DNA of 64,000 bases, counting the filler, from Basidiobolus ranarum (taxonomy: Eukaryota), in the NCBI GenBank assembly GCA_040143965.1. It is 42 parts of 42 records of this genome, joined end to end, with 100 filler letters (N's around TTAATTAATTAA, not from the genome) between each part and the next. Parts side by side here need not be neighbours in the genome. Positions count along the whole stretch, not along the records: positions 24,510 to 25,938 come from JASJQH010012095.1; positions 26,039 to 27,466 come from JASJQH010012096.1; positions 27,567 to 28,994 come from JASJQH010012097.1; positions 29,095 to 30,521 come from JASJQH010012098.1; positions 30,622 to 32,047 come from JASJQH010012099.1; positions 32,148 to 33,573 come from JASJQH010012100.1; positions 33,674 to 35,098 come from JASJQH010012101.1; positions 35,199 to 36,623 come from JASJQH010012102.1; 34 more parts are not named here. One strand, written 5' to 3'. Shown piece after piece: positions 25,725 to 38,374 of the stretch (its first letter is position 1; each line of letters opens with the position of its first letter). The notes under the pieces were generated by a model. The model made no database searches, was not told the origin of the DNA, and worked only from the letters and a program-made list of their open reading frames with translations. A program made the translations under genes and the position numbers.

Positions 25725-25938
25725 TTAGCAATTACGAGGATGACGAGCGCACCACAAAGGTTGCATAGGCTCGGCATCAATACCACGATCAACCAAACGA
25801 GCTCTTTGTTCATGAATACGAGGGAACACATCACCAGTCTTGCGGTAAGTGCCATCCTCAAGCTTGATGTCGGACCACAAAACTTCAGCAACAGCGGCAC
25901 CACGAGGCCACAAAGAAATATCAATGTTGATTGAATCA
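25725..25938 (-). CDS. GH20 hexosaminidase, 3' end (paralog)
   Basis: NIDILLWPRGAAVAEVLWS...QPLWCARHPRNC*. Confidence 0.92.
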
Positions 25939-26689
25939 NNNNNNNNNNNNNNNNNNNNNNNNNNNNNNNNNNNNNNNNNNNNTTAATTAATTAANNNNNN
26001 NNNNNNNNNNNNNNNNNNNNNNNNNNNNNNNNNNNNNNTTAAGGCACTTGGTTTTTAGTGTCACGTGTGTTCAAGTTACATGTGCAAGATGAGATGAGTA
26101 TATTTTGGGAGACTATTTGTTGAGTATTTACGATCCTCACATTATAAGGGCGTGATTGATTCCGACTATTGAGTTTTCATTTACCACAATTGGAATTCGA
26201 ACTTTCTATCCTTAGTTTAAATGTCTTTAAAGCATTTTTAGGCAACTACTCTACTTACAGGTTCGTAGTGACACACCAATTTAAGCGTTAGGGGAATAGC
26301 AGGTGCTATACCCAAAATACATACCACTTCTTTCACTAACGTCCACCAGCGTAACTATAAAGTATGCTAACTTGTTTGACAGCCTTTGATTAGGATGAAG
26401 ATTAAATAAGAGCGCATTAGAAAACTACTAAGAAAACCAAATGATAATCAACCTAAAAGAATGTACCTTCATAAATAGAAAGGGAGCCACAATTATAAGC
26501 AATCAGTTGTTTATTAAGTTAATCACAATGGCAACATTAAAAATCGGGCAAAACTGTAGAGATAATGCTGCAACAATACAGGCTTCTATAAAGCCCACAG
26601 TTATTGTACAATAGTTGCTTCGAGATTATGTGATGAAGTCTTAGATATATGCAGTCATCTCCCAAGAAAGCCTTTCTAATTGGGATTTC

Positions 26690-27466
26690 TTCATAGTCCA
26701 CAAACCAATGTTTTTCATTTGTGAAATGTTGGGAGGCTCCAGAATCAATATATCACATCTGAGAATCCTTGTTGATAGTCATAGATAGAGCAGATATGAA
26801 CAAGTGATCTTCTGCTATAATCACATTTCCAGATTTAGTATATTTTTCTTCTTTTGCAATTCTTTTAAAGCAATCTTTCCTTAAATGGCCAGTTCTTTTA
26901 CAGTAAACACAGAATGTGTTACTTTTCTTCTTAAAGTGCTTTTGACCATTACAGAAAGGTTTCCCATAGCCTATTTAAGTATTTTCTTCATTTTTTGGTT
27001 GGATCCCAATTTGCATAAATCTTCATCCAGAAGTCTGCCAAATACATAATTTAAGGTCAAATTTTCAGTTCTTGATTCTAGAGCCATTACTAGGCTCTGA
27101 AACTTGTGTGGCAGGCTATTCAGGACTGTAACTATGATATCTTGATCAGTGATAGGTACTCCAATGCATTCCATTTCATCTACTAAAATAGTGACTTTAT
27201 TAATTGGTGATTTAATGTCTTCCCCTGGCTTCATCTTTAAGTTAAAGAATTGTCTTCTTGGAAACATCTTGTTGGCAGCAGAACTTGTTTGGTAGGTGTC
27301 TTCCAAGGCTTTCCATACCTTCTTGGCAGTTTTAGCTCTTGAACATTGAATTAGTAATTTGTCTTTAACATTAAGACAAATTGTGTTGAAGGCACTTTGT
27401 TCTTTTTTAACCTGGAGTAAAACTTTGGTTTCAGATAGTTTTGCATTGTTTTCTTCTCCTACAACA
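26690..27466 (-). mobile_element. Copia gag-protease remnant
   Basis: UBN2-like gag, CVYCKRTGHLRKDC zinc knuckle, IDSGASQH protease motif. Confidence 0.9.
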
Positions 27467-28269
27467 NNNNNNNNNNNNNNNNNNNNNNNNNNNNNNNNNN
27501 NNNNNNNNNNTTAATTAATTAANNNNNNNNNNNNNNNNNNNNNNNNNNNNNNNNNNNNNNNNNNNNTAATTCTGACCTATTTGCGCCCATGAAAAACATC
27601 ATATATATATAGAAAACGTTAAATAGGACATATTAAATTCAATAAAACTAAAATGTCTAATTCACAACTCTAAATCTTGTCCAAAACACTTCCAAATCCC
27701 CTAAACACTTTTATCAACATTATCCAACTTTACTGTTTATCACATCATGCAAAATCAATATGGATCACAGTTAATTATAGCATGAATCACTTTAGTTAGA
27801 TCATGATTGCTTATATGTTGATGAAACACTGATAGAGTGAAATTGTCATATATCAAAAAAATTCAATGATAGGATATTAATACAAGTGATTTCACTGCAA
27901 ACAAATGAAAAATGTCTGTCAATAAAAAGCTTTTGAAGCTGTATTGGCTAAATATGCTCAATCCATTCACATTTTCACCCAATTAGAAGCCTACGTGATT
28001 GAATGAATAATTTGCTGATCTAAAAATGATGAATCAAGCAATCCTGATCACCGCTATCATACTGCAGATCAATCCATCATCAAGTGCTGTGATTTGTCAC
28101 TGGTGTGCTAAAACTACTGATGTTTTGTAATGCAGGAGCTGTTGTGCCAAATTGAAAATCAGGATATTGTGTTAGTGAGGGATAAATGATTGGCCTAAAA
28201 ACATGTGAATGTCCTGGTTATACATTTGATTGGGTAAGTTACAGTATAAGTTGTTAATTGTTACACATT

Positions 28270-28552
28270 CAGTAATTCATAAGTTACAAACTAGGGGATG
28301 AACTTACTTTGTCAGTTACCCAAAATTGCAATTTGGCAATACTAAATTGGGTAACGTGGTAGGGGCTGGCACAATATATTCAGTAAAATCATCATGTCTG
28401 ATTGTGGTGGGATAGTGGCATATTGTTCCTTATAGTGTCTGATCAACTGTTATAGGACCCAGCCATGATAATTGACAGATCATGCCAGATGGTGTACTAG
28501 CAGGCTGGATTGAGTGGCACAATCTGACCTGGTCCAATGGAACAAGTCTAGT
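28270..28552. repeat. Unclassified dispersed repeat with TIR-like end (reverse copy 63733-64000; related short TIR element 51966-52148)
   Basis: Shared end CAATGGAACAAGTC; 51966-52148 is bounded by GGACTTGTTC...GAACAAGTCC. Confidence 0.55.
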
Positions 28553-29171
28553 ACATGATAAAAGTGTTTAGGGGATTTGGAAGTGTTTTGGACAAGATTT
28601 AGATTTTTGAATTGGACACTTAAGCTTTATTGAATTGAATATGTCCTATTTATAGTTTACTATGAAATAGGACTATTGGATGTGCTTAGATCATAACAAA
28701 CATGCCTGTTAAGCATGGGTGAAAGCTTGAGGTGATTTGGAGAAGTTTTGAGAAAATAGTGAAAATTGGTAAAGTGATCTAATTGATATTTCTATTAATT
28801 AGAGCAATAAACACATGTCTTTGAATAACAGAATTGAGTACTAAATAATCAGAATAAGAATAAACTAACTACTAAATAATGAGTTGCTAGTTACCTAGTT
28901 TCAACAATTTCAACATTCCCACTCAACTAATTATTTTGTGTTTCTCTTAAACCTAACTTATATCTTAATACTTCAAATTGTGCTTTAGCTAAAGNNNNNN
29001 NNNNNNNNNNNNNNNNNNNNNNNNNNNNNNNNNNNNNNTTAATTAATTAANNNNNNNNNNNNNNNNNNNNNNNNNNNNNNNNNNNNNNNNNNNNTTTAAA
29101 TAAGCAAAGGCTGTTCAAAGTAATATTATCATTTTTATAGGAACCATACTTACAATATTTGATATATATTC

Positions 29172-30043
29172 TGTTGAAATTAGCATTGCCTAAACACCTA
29201 TATAGGCATATATAGTTTAGCACTTAGTTATCTTATATTTCACTAAGATATCACCCATTATTCTCATGAGGAATTTACTTGGAATGTTTTTTACCAACTT
29301 AGAAGTTCTCAGTTATATAGATTTCTCAAACTTATACTAGAAGCCCCAAACTTTGCACACATATTGATGGGACCTTCCTTCACACATTCTGCATGTTAGT
29401 TTGCATACATCTTAACAAAACTATAAATGGTAACTCAACAAGTGAAAGACACCAATTTCTCTATTTCTCCAAATCACTTCCTACAGGCTCACAAATACTT
29501 TAACAGGTTATGAGCCCAAATCTTGCAATATGTGCAATGTCTACTTCTCAGATTTATGGAACTTTTCCCTCTTTTGAAAAATTGGATGGAACCAATTATC
29601 AACTTTAGAAAATTAAAATTGAAATGCTGCTGCAAGACAAAGGACTTTGAGACACTGTTGTTGGAGAAGAAAACAATGCATAACTATCTAAAACCAAAGT
29701 TTTACTCCAGGTCAAAAGAGAACAAAGTGCCTTTAACACCATATGGCATATTGTTAAAGACAAATTGCTTTAACTGAAAGATGAGGCTAGGAGAAGACAA
29801 TCAATTACTAATCAATGGTATCACTGCTTTAGTGAATAAAATGGAATCCATTGTAGTACCTACTACTGATCAGCATATCATAGATACCATCCCAAATAGC
29901 TTGTCACATGAGTTTCAAGGCCTAGTAAAGGCTCTATAATCAAGAACTGAAACCTTGACCTTAAATTGGGTATTTGGTGGAGTTCTGGATGAAGATTGAA
30001 ACACATTAGGATCCAACCAAACAAATGAAGAAAGTGCTTTAAT
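29172..30043 (+). mobile_element. Copia 5' end: LTR B (29172-29505), PBS (29506-29517), decayed gag; followed by nested LTR A and LTR D
   Basis: TGTTGAAATT...TTAACA then GGTTATGAGCCC; LTR B also at 7669-7797, 47654-48000, 48370-48608, 48686-48819, 59574-59764, 61093-61426. Confidence 0.9.
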
Positions 30044-32317
30044 TATTGGGAAAATATGGGCTGTTTGGAGGAACTTTAGAAAAGTGGAATTGTGAATAGC
30101 TTTTGTGAGAAAATTACTTATTGTCCAGAAATGAAGCATTTAAACATTTTGGTAGAAATACATAAAACTAACACTGGGGTTGTGTTCAGAACATCTGTGG
30201 GAGTAAAATGAGCTATTTTAGGGGCACTTTAGAGGAGTTTGAAGTTTCCAATATGGAATTGCTAATTCTCAAATCATTCACATATATAGTCATGATTCTG
30301 ATCTTGGCATACTGATCCACTACAAATAGAACTCCTCTATTATTAGATTATGACATCATATCTGTTGTGCCATCCCTTCTTGGCAATCTGGTGTTAGTTC
30401 ATCCAGACTACCTTATATGGAAGTCATGTTCTTTGGAACATTCCATGAAACCTAACTAATCATGTCATCCCCAAACATAGTGTATTTCCACTAAGACCTT
30501 CCATGGAAGGTCACCTGATCANNNNNNNNNNNNNNNNNNNNNNNNNNNNNNNNNNNNNNNNNNNNTTAATTAATTAANNNNNNNNNNNNNNNNNNNNNNN
30601 NNNNNNNNNNNNNNNNNNNNNCAGTCCTTCAAATGATTGAAAAGTTGTTGTTTGAGCATTCGTCTCCTCAAACCTAATCTCTTGGATATGCGTTGACTCT
30701 CTTTTCTTTTCTTCAACCATGTTGTTATTGAGAGCTAAGACAGAGAAAAAAAGAAATACTGGGATACTATTGATAAACGATTTGTGAGTCCTATTGACTT
30801 GAAGATTTAGGTCTTATATAATTCAATGAGGTTACCTTTCGCTCGAGGCAATTCTGCTTCGATAGCACGTCTTGCTTTTAGCTCCAGATACCAATTATGA
30901 GCAACCAACTTTGGTCACGGTTACTGCGAGCAAAATCACGTATTCGTTTGAGTCATATTATGCACTGGTGTTTTTGGTGAATTTTGAACTACTTGTACCA
31001 TTCAATTCATTAAAATTTACCAAACTAATGCTCGGTGAGGTTTACTTAGTAAGTTTAAAATATATTTTCACTTCTGCTGGTTGAATGAGACATTTTGATC
31101 TATTTCAGTTTTCATGTCAATACATACAATTCAGTTAATAATAGGCCACTAATTGCGTGATAGCTGCCTTTGTGAAGCAACTTGTGCAATATGATTGTAG
31201 TCGTACTTCCCCAAGCATCAACATCTGATTCATATTACCATTACCGATGGTTACTCTACGACTTTTCTGTTTTGATATTCTTGAACAGGCGGTTAGTTTG
31301 GAGCAATGGCGGTGCTATATTGTATAGAAGTGCCAATGTTGTATTGACGAGCAGTGTTAAAGCTGCCTTCTCTTTTGAATGTCTCTGTCAGTGGAGGTGA
31401 CACCAAGATAATATTATATATAATACCATTACAGCCAGAATCAATATTGAGGTACAATCTAGCATGGGTTCCCTAATTTGGATTCCCTAAAATGGCAGAT
31501 TCTGGTATAGATCTCTATCGCGTGGTATTTATTATCCTTTTTGATTTCCCAAAGTTGCGGATTGGGAGAGAGCCAGGTTAAGATGGGGAAAAATGGCATA
31601 CAAGTATGCAGATGACATGTCATATCATTTAATCGTACGCTTTCGTACGCTTCCACATTCCCAAATATTTCCAGGCTTCCAATTATTCGCACGGAAATTG
31701 ACATGTTCGATGTTACTCAAACTGAGGTTGGTTGATCTATGGCGAATATAGGTGGTTTGGAGACGAAAACGCCAGATAATGGTTGTTGTATCTAAGACCT
31801 CGGTTGACTGTATATGATGGTGGTATTTCTACCTCTTTTAGAAAGAAAGGGGAACAATTCTCCAGATTGAGCAATAACTTTACTTCTGGACATTACGGAG
31901 GCGACCATATAAATATGTTTGGGTTGATGCCATTCCTCCATAACCTTTCGCAATCTATTCTAGATGTCCAAAGAGCTGGAAGTTGACAAAGTTGTTCACG
32001 AAGAAAGGGTTGCTCAAACAGCTGCTTTTGATTCGCTGGAAGGATTANNNNNNNNNNNNNNNNNNNNNNNNNNNNNNNNNNNNNNNNNNNNTTAATTAAT
32101 TAANNNNNNNNNNNNNNNNNNNNNNNNNNNNNNNNNNNNNNNNNNNNTTGAACTTTTGGCATTATGGAGTCGGTTACTTTATTGGAGTAACAACGGATTA
32201 CTCCGGTGAATAGATGCTCAATCATCTCAATATTCCATGTCAAATGGATTGAATTTTCAATTTTTGGTAAGATTATGACTGATCCATGATAATAAATTTT
32301 CATTGGAATATGTATGC

Positions 32318-32695
32318 TATTGGGAAAATATGGGCTGTTTGGAGGAACTTTAGAAAAGTGGGGTTGTGAATAGCTTTGTGAGATAATTGTTTATTGTCCA
32401 GAAATAAAGCATTTATACTTTTTGGTGAAAATACAGAAAAATAACACTGGGGTTGTGTTCAGAACATCTGTGGGAGTAAAATGAGCTATCTTTGGGGCAA
32501 TTTGGACTAGTTTGAAATTTCCAATATGGAAATGCAAATTCTGACATTATTCACATTTATATATAATATATGTTCCAATTTTCAGCTAAGTGATATTTGA
32601 CTAAGTAATGTTAACTAACTCATATGTGATATATGAAATAGTTAGGTGTATGAAGATAGAGATAACAAATATGATAAAGACAATAAACTTCAACA
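32318..32695 (-). mobile_element. Solo LTR A with 5-bp TSD (TATGC/TTTGC)
   Basis: Full 378 bp, flanked by a 4/5-matching direct repeat. Confidence 0.88.
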
Positions 32696-33673
32696 TTTGC
32701 ATGGTAATGTCTTGTAGAGGTTCATTGGCATCACACAAATCTCTGACACACTATCAATATGGCATTGTATAAGGTCTCCATGAGTAGTCCCACTAACTAC
32801 GGCTGTAGCCACTGAGTAGTATGTAAACATTGGTGCTTCCTTGTTCATCTTGGGAGGTGGTTCATCATACTCTAACAGAAATGTGAGGATTGCTATTGTA
32901 GGGAAACTGTCATAATTTTAATCCATTTGGGATTGACTAGTTACTTACTGTCATAAAATTGTCAAGTTAGAATTGATTTTAATCAATTTTTTCAGTTTCA
33001 GGAGTGAAATTGCAAGTTCTCATAAAATAGTTACACATGATTGGCTACAATCTCTGGGAACTGTGGATCAACACATATGCAAAAAATGTTATTCAAATTT
33101 TACACATTTGCCACTTAAATGCCAATCTGTCAACTTCAAAATCCCTAGTTTATTTGATATATTTTCCTAAATACTTTTATAGAGCTCTTCATACCCATGG
33201 TTTAGCTCATACCAAACACAAGTTTGTATCAATATCTCCATCAAAACCCACCATTATACTAACATTGCTGAATTAGCATTCTTCCAGCTATCTGGCAGAT
33301 ACCTTTCAATATTGTGCCACTCTGTATTATGTTATTCATAGATATCTGCATGGTCAACACCAGAATGATTGTCAAGTTGAATGTTCTTCCTCTGAAGCCA
33401 CTTTCTGCATGCTTGCACAGTATTTTTCCCTTCATACTTTTGTAAATACTCCTCAAGCACTTTGACTATTTTTGTACATCCTTGTAGTGTGACACTACTG
33501 AGGGTGCTTTGCAGTGTTTGTACGGCTTTTCACTTGCCTTTACCTTTGGGACTAATTTCAACACTTTGAAAAGNNNNNNNNNNNNNNNNNNNNNNNNNNN
33601 NNNNNNNNNNNNNNNNNTTAATTAATTAANNNNNNNNNNNNNNNNNNNNNNNNNNNNNNNNNNNNNNNNNNNN

Positions 33674-34049
33674 TTTGACCAACCGTATTCAATTCGGTGG
33701 TGATGAAGTAGTCAAGGCTAAGGATGGAGCCGGTTCAGCCACTTTGAGTATGGCTTATGCCGGTGCTCGTTTCGCTATCAACATCCTTGAAGCCACTGTT
33801 GGTGGTAAGACTGGTATTGTTGAGCCTACATATGTTGATCTTTCCGCTGATATTGAAGGAGGGAAAATCCTTAAGGGTGAAACCCAAGATTGTGAATATT
33901 TTGCCACCAATGTAGAACTTGGCCATGATGGAGTTCACAAGATCTTCTCTATCGGTCAACTCTCGGAGTTCGAAAAAGGAATCCTTGCTCAAGCCATTCC
34001 CCAGCTTAAGGCTAACGTTGAAAGCGGTGTTCAATTCATCAAAGCTTAA
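33674..34049 (+). CDS. MDH: Malate dehydrogenase, 3' part
   Basis: RIQFGGDEVVKAKDGAGSATLSMAYAG signature. Confidence 0.96.
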
Positions 34050-34992
34050 GCAATATTCATCTCAATATAGTATATAGCGCATTTCATCTCTCAACTGCAT
34101 TTTCAATCCACTTACCCACCATGAACAACATTAGTAACATTCAGAATAAATCACATTTCATGATATTCTCTTCCTTTGAATCAACAAACTCGCTAATAAT
34201 ATAAATAGATTGTCGATAATAGTGAAAGAGGGACAACCATGGTATCCGAATTCAACTCAGCAATGAGGATATCGGTGAAGTTGACTCAATGTGCATGTAC
34301 CTATTACTGGAAGCAGATTCGAGAGATACTAAGGTAATATTTACTGCTTTAGTGATACTATTGTAACGAATAGTAGGTTCTAGAAAAGTGGCTAGGTTAT
34401 GACTAATTTGGGTTTATTGATGTTTATTCGTTTAATATCACTGAGTTCATCCTATCACATGAAATCATGGTATTGTGAGGGAGGCTTTCTCGTATATATT
34501 TAAAATATGTCAGGTTTGATGTATTTTATAAGTTACGAGAAGTAGCCAATCACTAATGAAAGCTTAAACCTAACAACATGATGCCTATAAAAGGAAGTTG
34601 GTTCTGGAGAATTGCATCTAGTTCTTGAGTTTAAGAAGGTGAGGAAACACTGAATTGAATTTAATTAATTAGTCCACAGTTCTTTTTAAGAGTTGACTTT
34701 TAATCTCAACAATTAAATATTGGGGAGATCTTTGAATTTCATCCATGTTTTCATTTTTAGTGGTAAAATGAAGTACCGTATTTGGTATTGATGGATATTT
34801 CTGTCATAGCAAATTACCATTTTAATAGTGAAACATTTACGATTACGTTTTGCAATTTATTGGGTTACTGATGGGATCACCCCATCACCGAATAAAATGT
34901 CACTATAAATAAAAGGGAATGCCGCGTGAATTCCAAATTATAAACATAGCTAGCCACTCCTCTTTCAACTTCCCCTCAAAACAGTAATAAAT

Positions 34993-35098
34993 ATGGTTAA
35001 AGTCGCTGTTCTTGGTGCTGCTGGTGGTATTGGCCAACCCCTCTCTCTCCTCCTCAAGCAAAACACTTTGATCTCTCACCTTGCTCTCTATGATCTTG
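34993..35098 (+). CDS. MDH: Malate dehydrogenase, 5' end of next tandem copy (no mitochondrial presequence)
   Basis: [22 protein letters not shown]...LALYD; TATAAATA at ~34904. Confidence 0.95.
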
Positions 35099-36353
35099 NN
35101 NNNNNNNNNNNNNNNNNNNNNNNNNNNNNNNNNNNNNNNNNNTTAATTAATTAANNNNNNNNNNNNNNNNNNNNNNNNNNNNNNNNNNNNNNNNNNNNTT
35201 GGAACCAATCATGGAAAACCCAATAACCAGGTTGTACTCTGAAGATTCTTGACTTATTTCATGTGGCTTATCCTGGGTTTTTGTAAGCAAGTTACAATTG
35301 GGCTAGTAAAGGCCTATTCATGAACTATCTTGAAAATGTATGCAATTATTGACTTGGATAAGAAAGAAAGCAGCTAGAGAAGTACTCAAGGAGCAGGAAG
35401 TTAGTAAACCCAAGGGAAAAGTAAAGGAGCCAGTGAGTTTAGGCTCTACTGTCCCAATTACCAAATTCTTCACAGCATTACAAAGTTCTGCATTTCCAGA
35501 GTTGGATTTACTGGCAAAAAAGCTTAATTTCACCATGGAACTGGGTACACCTGTTGGAACAGTGCTAAATTTGAAGGTTTATTCAACACCTGGCACTTCT
35601 CAACAAGTCAAAACACCAACTAATAAAACTCATGGCTCTCAAACCTCAACTGGTACTTTTCAAAGTGTTGAAATTAGCCCCAAACTTAAAGTCAAGCAAA
35701 AAGCAACACAAACACAGCACAGCACCCTCAGTCACACTACAAGGATGGACAAAATAGTCAAAGTGCTTGAGGAGTATTTTCAAAAGTATGGAGGGAAAAG
35801 TGCAATACAAGTATGCAGAAAGTGGCTTCAGTAGAAGAACATTCAACTTGACATTCAGTCTGGTGTTAACAGTGCAGATATCTGGGAAAAACTTAATACA
35901 GAGTTGCACAAAATTGCAAGGTATTAACCAGATAGCTGGAACAATGTTGATTCAGCAACATTAATATAATGGTGGGCTTTGTTGGAGATATTGATACAAA
36001 CTTGTGTTGGGTATGAGCTAAGCCTTGGATATCAAGAACACTATAAAAATATTTGGGAGAGTATATTAAAGAGACTAGGGATTTTGAAGGTGACAAATTA
36101 GTGTTCAAGTGGTAAGTGTGTAAAATTTGAGTTACATTTTTTGCAAATGTGTTGATATGTAGTTCTCCGCAATTCTAGCCAATCATGTGCAACTATTTTG
36201 TGAGATCTTGAAATTTCACTCCTGAAACTGAAAAAATTGATTAAAATCAAATTTAACTTGACAATTTTATGATGGTAAGTAAATGGTCAATCCTAGATGG
36301 ATTAAAATTGTAACAGTTTTCATAGTATAACAATCCTCAAATTTCTGTTAGGG

Positions 36354-37187
36354 TGAATTAAACTTTGCTACAGGTGCAAAAGTTTCTATATAGACTATTC
36401 CTGGTGTTTGAGAATATTCTTTGGCTACTAGCTTAGCCTTGTATCTTTCTTTATTGCCATCAAAGTTGTATTCAACTTGAAACTCCCTTTTGCAGCCAAT
36501 TGATTTTCTATTGTCAGGTAAGTTGGTCAAAATCCAAGTTTGATTATCAATCAAAGCCTGGTACTCATCAGCCATTACAGATCTCCAGAATTTCATGTGA
36601 GGGCCATTCAGGGCCTCTTTTACNNNNNNNNNNNNNNNNNNNNNNNNNNNNNNNNNNNNNNNNNNNNTTAATTAATTAANNNNNNNNNNNNNNNNNNNNN
36701 NNNNNNNNNNNNNNNNNNNNNNNCTTCAGTTGTTGAAAGTGCTATGATGGGTTGTTTCTTGCTATTCCAAGATAAGGCTGCTTCACTATAGAGAAAGGTA
36801 TATCCAGTGATAGATCTTCTGTCCTCAATATCTCATCCCTAATGTGCATCACTAAACCCAATTAGATCCTGATTCTCATAAGAAAATGTGTATCTTAATC
36901 CAAGATCAATTGTCCCCTTCAAATGTCTGAGAATCTGCTTTACTGCTGCATAATGCTCAGATCCTGGGTTTTGTACATGTTGGCTGACTACTCCCACTGC
37001 AAAAGAGATATCTGGTTGGGTTCCAGTCATAGCATAGAACAAGCTACCTACCATAGATTGATAAGGGAACTCAGGGCTTTCAAATGACTTATTTTGAGCC
37101 ATATTTTGCCAATTTCATCATTTTTGATGGGATTTTTTACTACTTTCACACCTGGATCCATGGGAGCAGCTACTGCCTTGCAATTCT
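36354..37187 (-). mobile_element. Copia RT fragments (two separate contigs, 36354-36623 and 36724-37187)
   Basis: RYKAKLVAK..QTPGIVYIETFAPVAK; YQSMVGSLFYAMTGTQPDISFAV. Confidence 0.9.
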
Positions 37188-37295
37188 CTATCCTGTGACA
37201 TCTGAGAATGTCTGAGATGTATTTAGATTGATTCGGAGTAATAGATTAACTAATATATCTGTATGGATCTGCAGACCTAAAAAATACATAAGTTC

Positions 37296-38148
37296 TGTCA
37301 CAATAAGGAACTGGACAAGGACTGGAAACAACAACAAGAGGCTAGAAGGCAGGAGAGTACTTGGGTGTAGACCACAAGACAAGACAAGACTGGACAAGGA
37401 AAATACTTTGGCAAGAATCTTTATTGATAACTGGTGTTGATCAGACTGAGGTTTGATCAAGGAATACATGGGGCTAATATAGATATTGCAAGGTGAAACA
37501 TAATATACTGAATAGGGAATATTCTATGGCAAGTTCAAGAGTCAGGGTGTTGGGAACTACAAGAACCAATACAAAGAGAGATGATGTAAGGATGATGTAA
37601 GGTTGATGTAAGGATGATCAGATGACCTCCCGTGGAAGGTCTTGGTGAAAATACACTATCTGTGGGATGACATGATTGTTTAGGTTTCATGGAATGTTCC
37701 AAAGAACATGACTTCCATATGAGATAAACTGGATGAACTAACACAAGATTGTCAAGAAGGGATGGCACAGCAGATATGATGTCATAATCTAATAATAGAA
37801 GAGTTCTATTTGCAGTGGATCAGTATGCTGAGATCAGAATCATGACAGTATCCCCTTCTTTAGTGATGGCTTCAAGACATCATAGGGCCAGGCTTTTCTG
37901 GGTAGGCTTCATGAAACTCCGGGAAAAGTTCCTTGGAATTGCAAAGAATTGGTGCTGGCTCCCATGATTGATTATTTGTTGAGTATCCCTTCCAGTCCAC
38001 TAAATATTGCAACTTACATTGATAAATTCTGGAATCAATAATTTTGCCAACTTCATATTCAAGATGTTCTTCAACTTGGATTCCTGGGGGTGGATCAATG
38101 GATCAGCCCTGGAAGGTGTTTCTGGCATGTGGCTCTAAGAGAGACACA
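37296..38148 (-). mobile_element. Chromovirus 3' end: integrase C-terminus with chromodomain (~37880-38148), PPT and complete 3' LTR D (37296-37847)
   Basis: VSLLEPH...PPPGIQVEEHLEYEVGKIIDSR...KLQYLVDWKGYSTNNQSWEP...EFHEAYPEKPGP. Confidence 0.93.
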
Positions 38149-38374
38149 NNNNNNNNNNNNNNNNNNNNNNNNNNNNNNNNNNNNNNNNNNNNTTAATTAA
38201 TTAANNNNNNNNNNNNNNNNNNNNNNNNNNNNNNNNNNNNNNNNNNNNATTGTATTAATAAATGAAAGAAAAACTATTTGGTGCCGTGTGGCCACTTCTC
38301 TCTATATATCTGTTATATTCAAAGTGGCCATGCAATCATAGCCATGGCCAGCTGAAAGAGATGAAGCTTCTACC

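Noticed and set aside
37188-37768. Short ORFs inside LTR D and other repeats in the ORF track
   Set aside because: Not conserved as open frames between copies; many start at non-ATG codons or run into N-spacers
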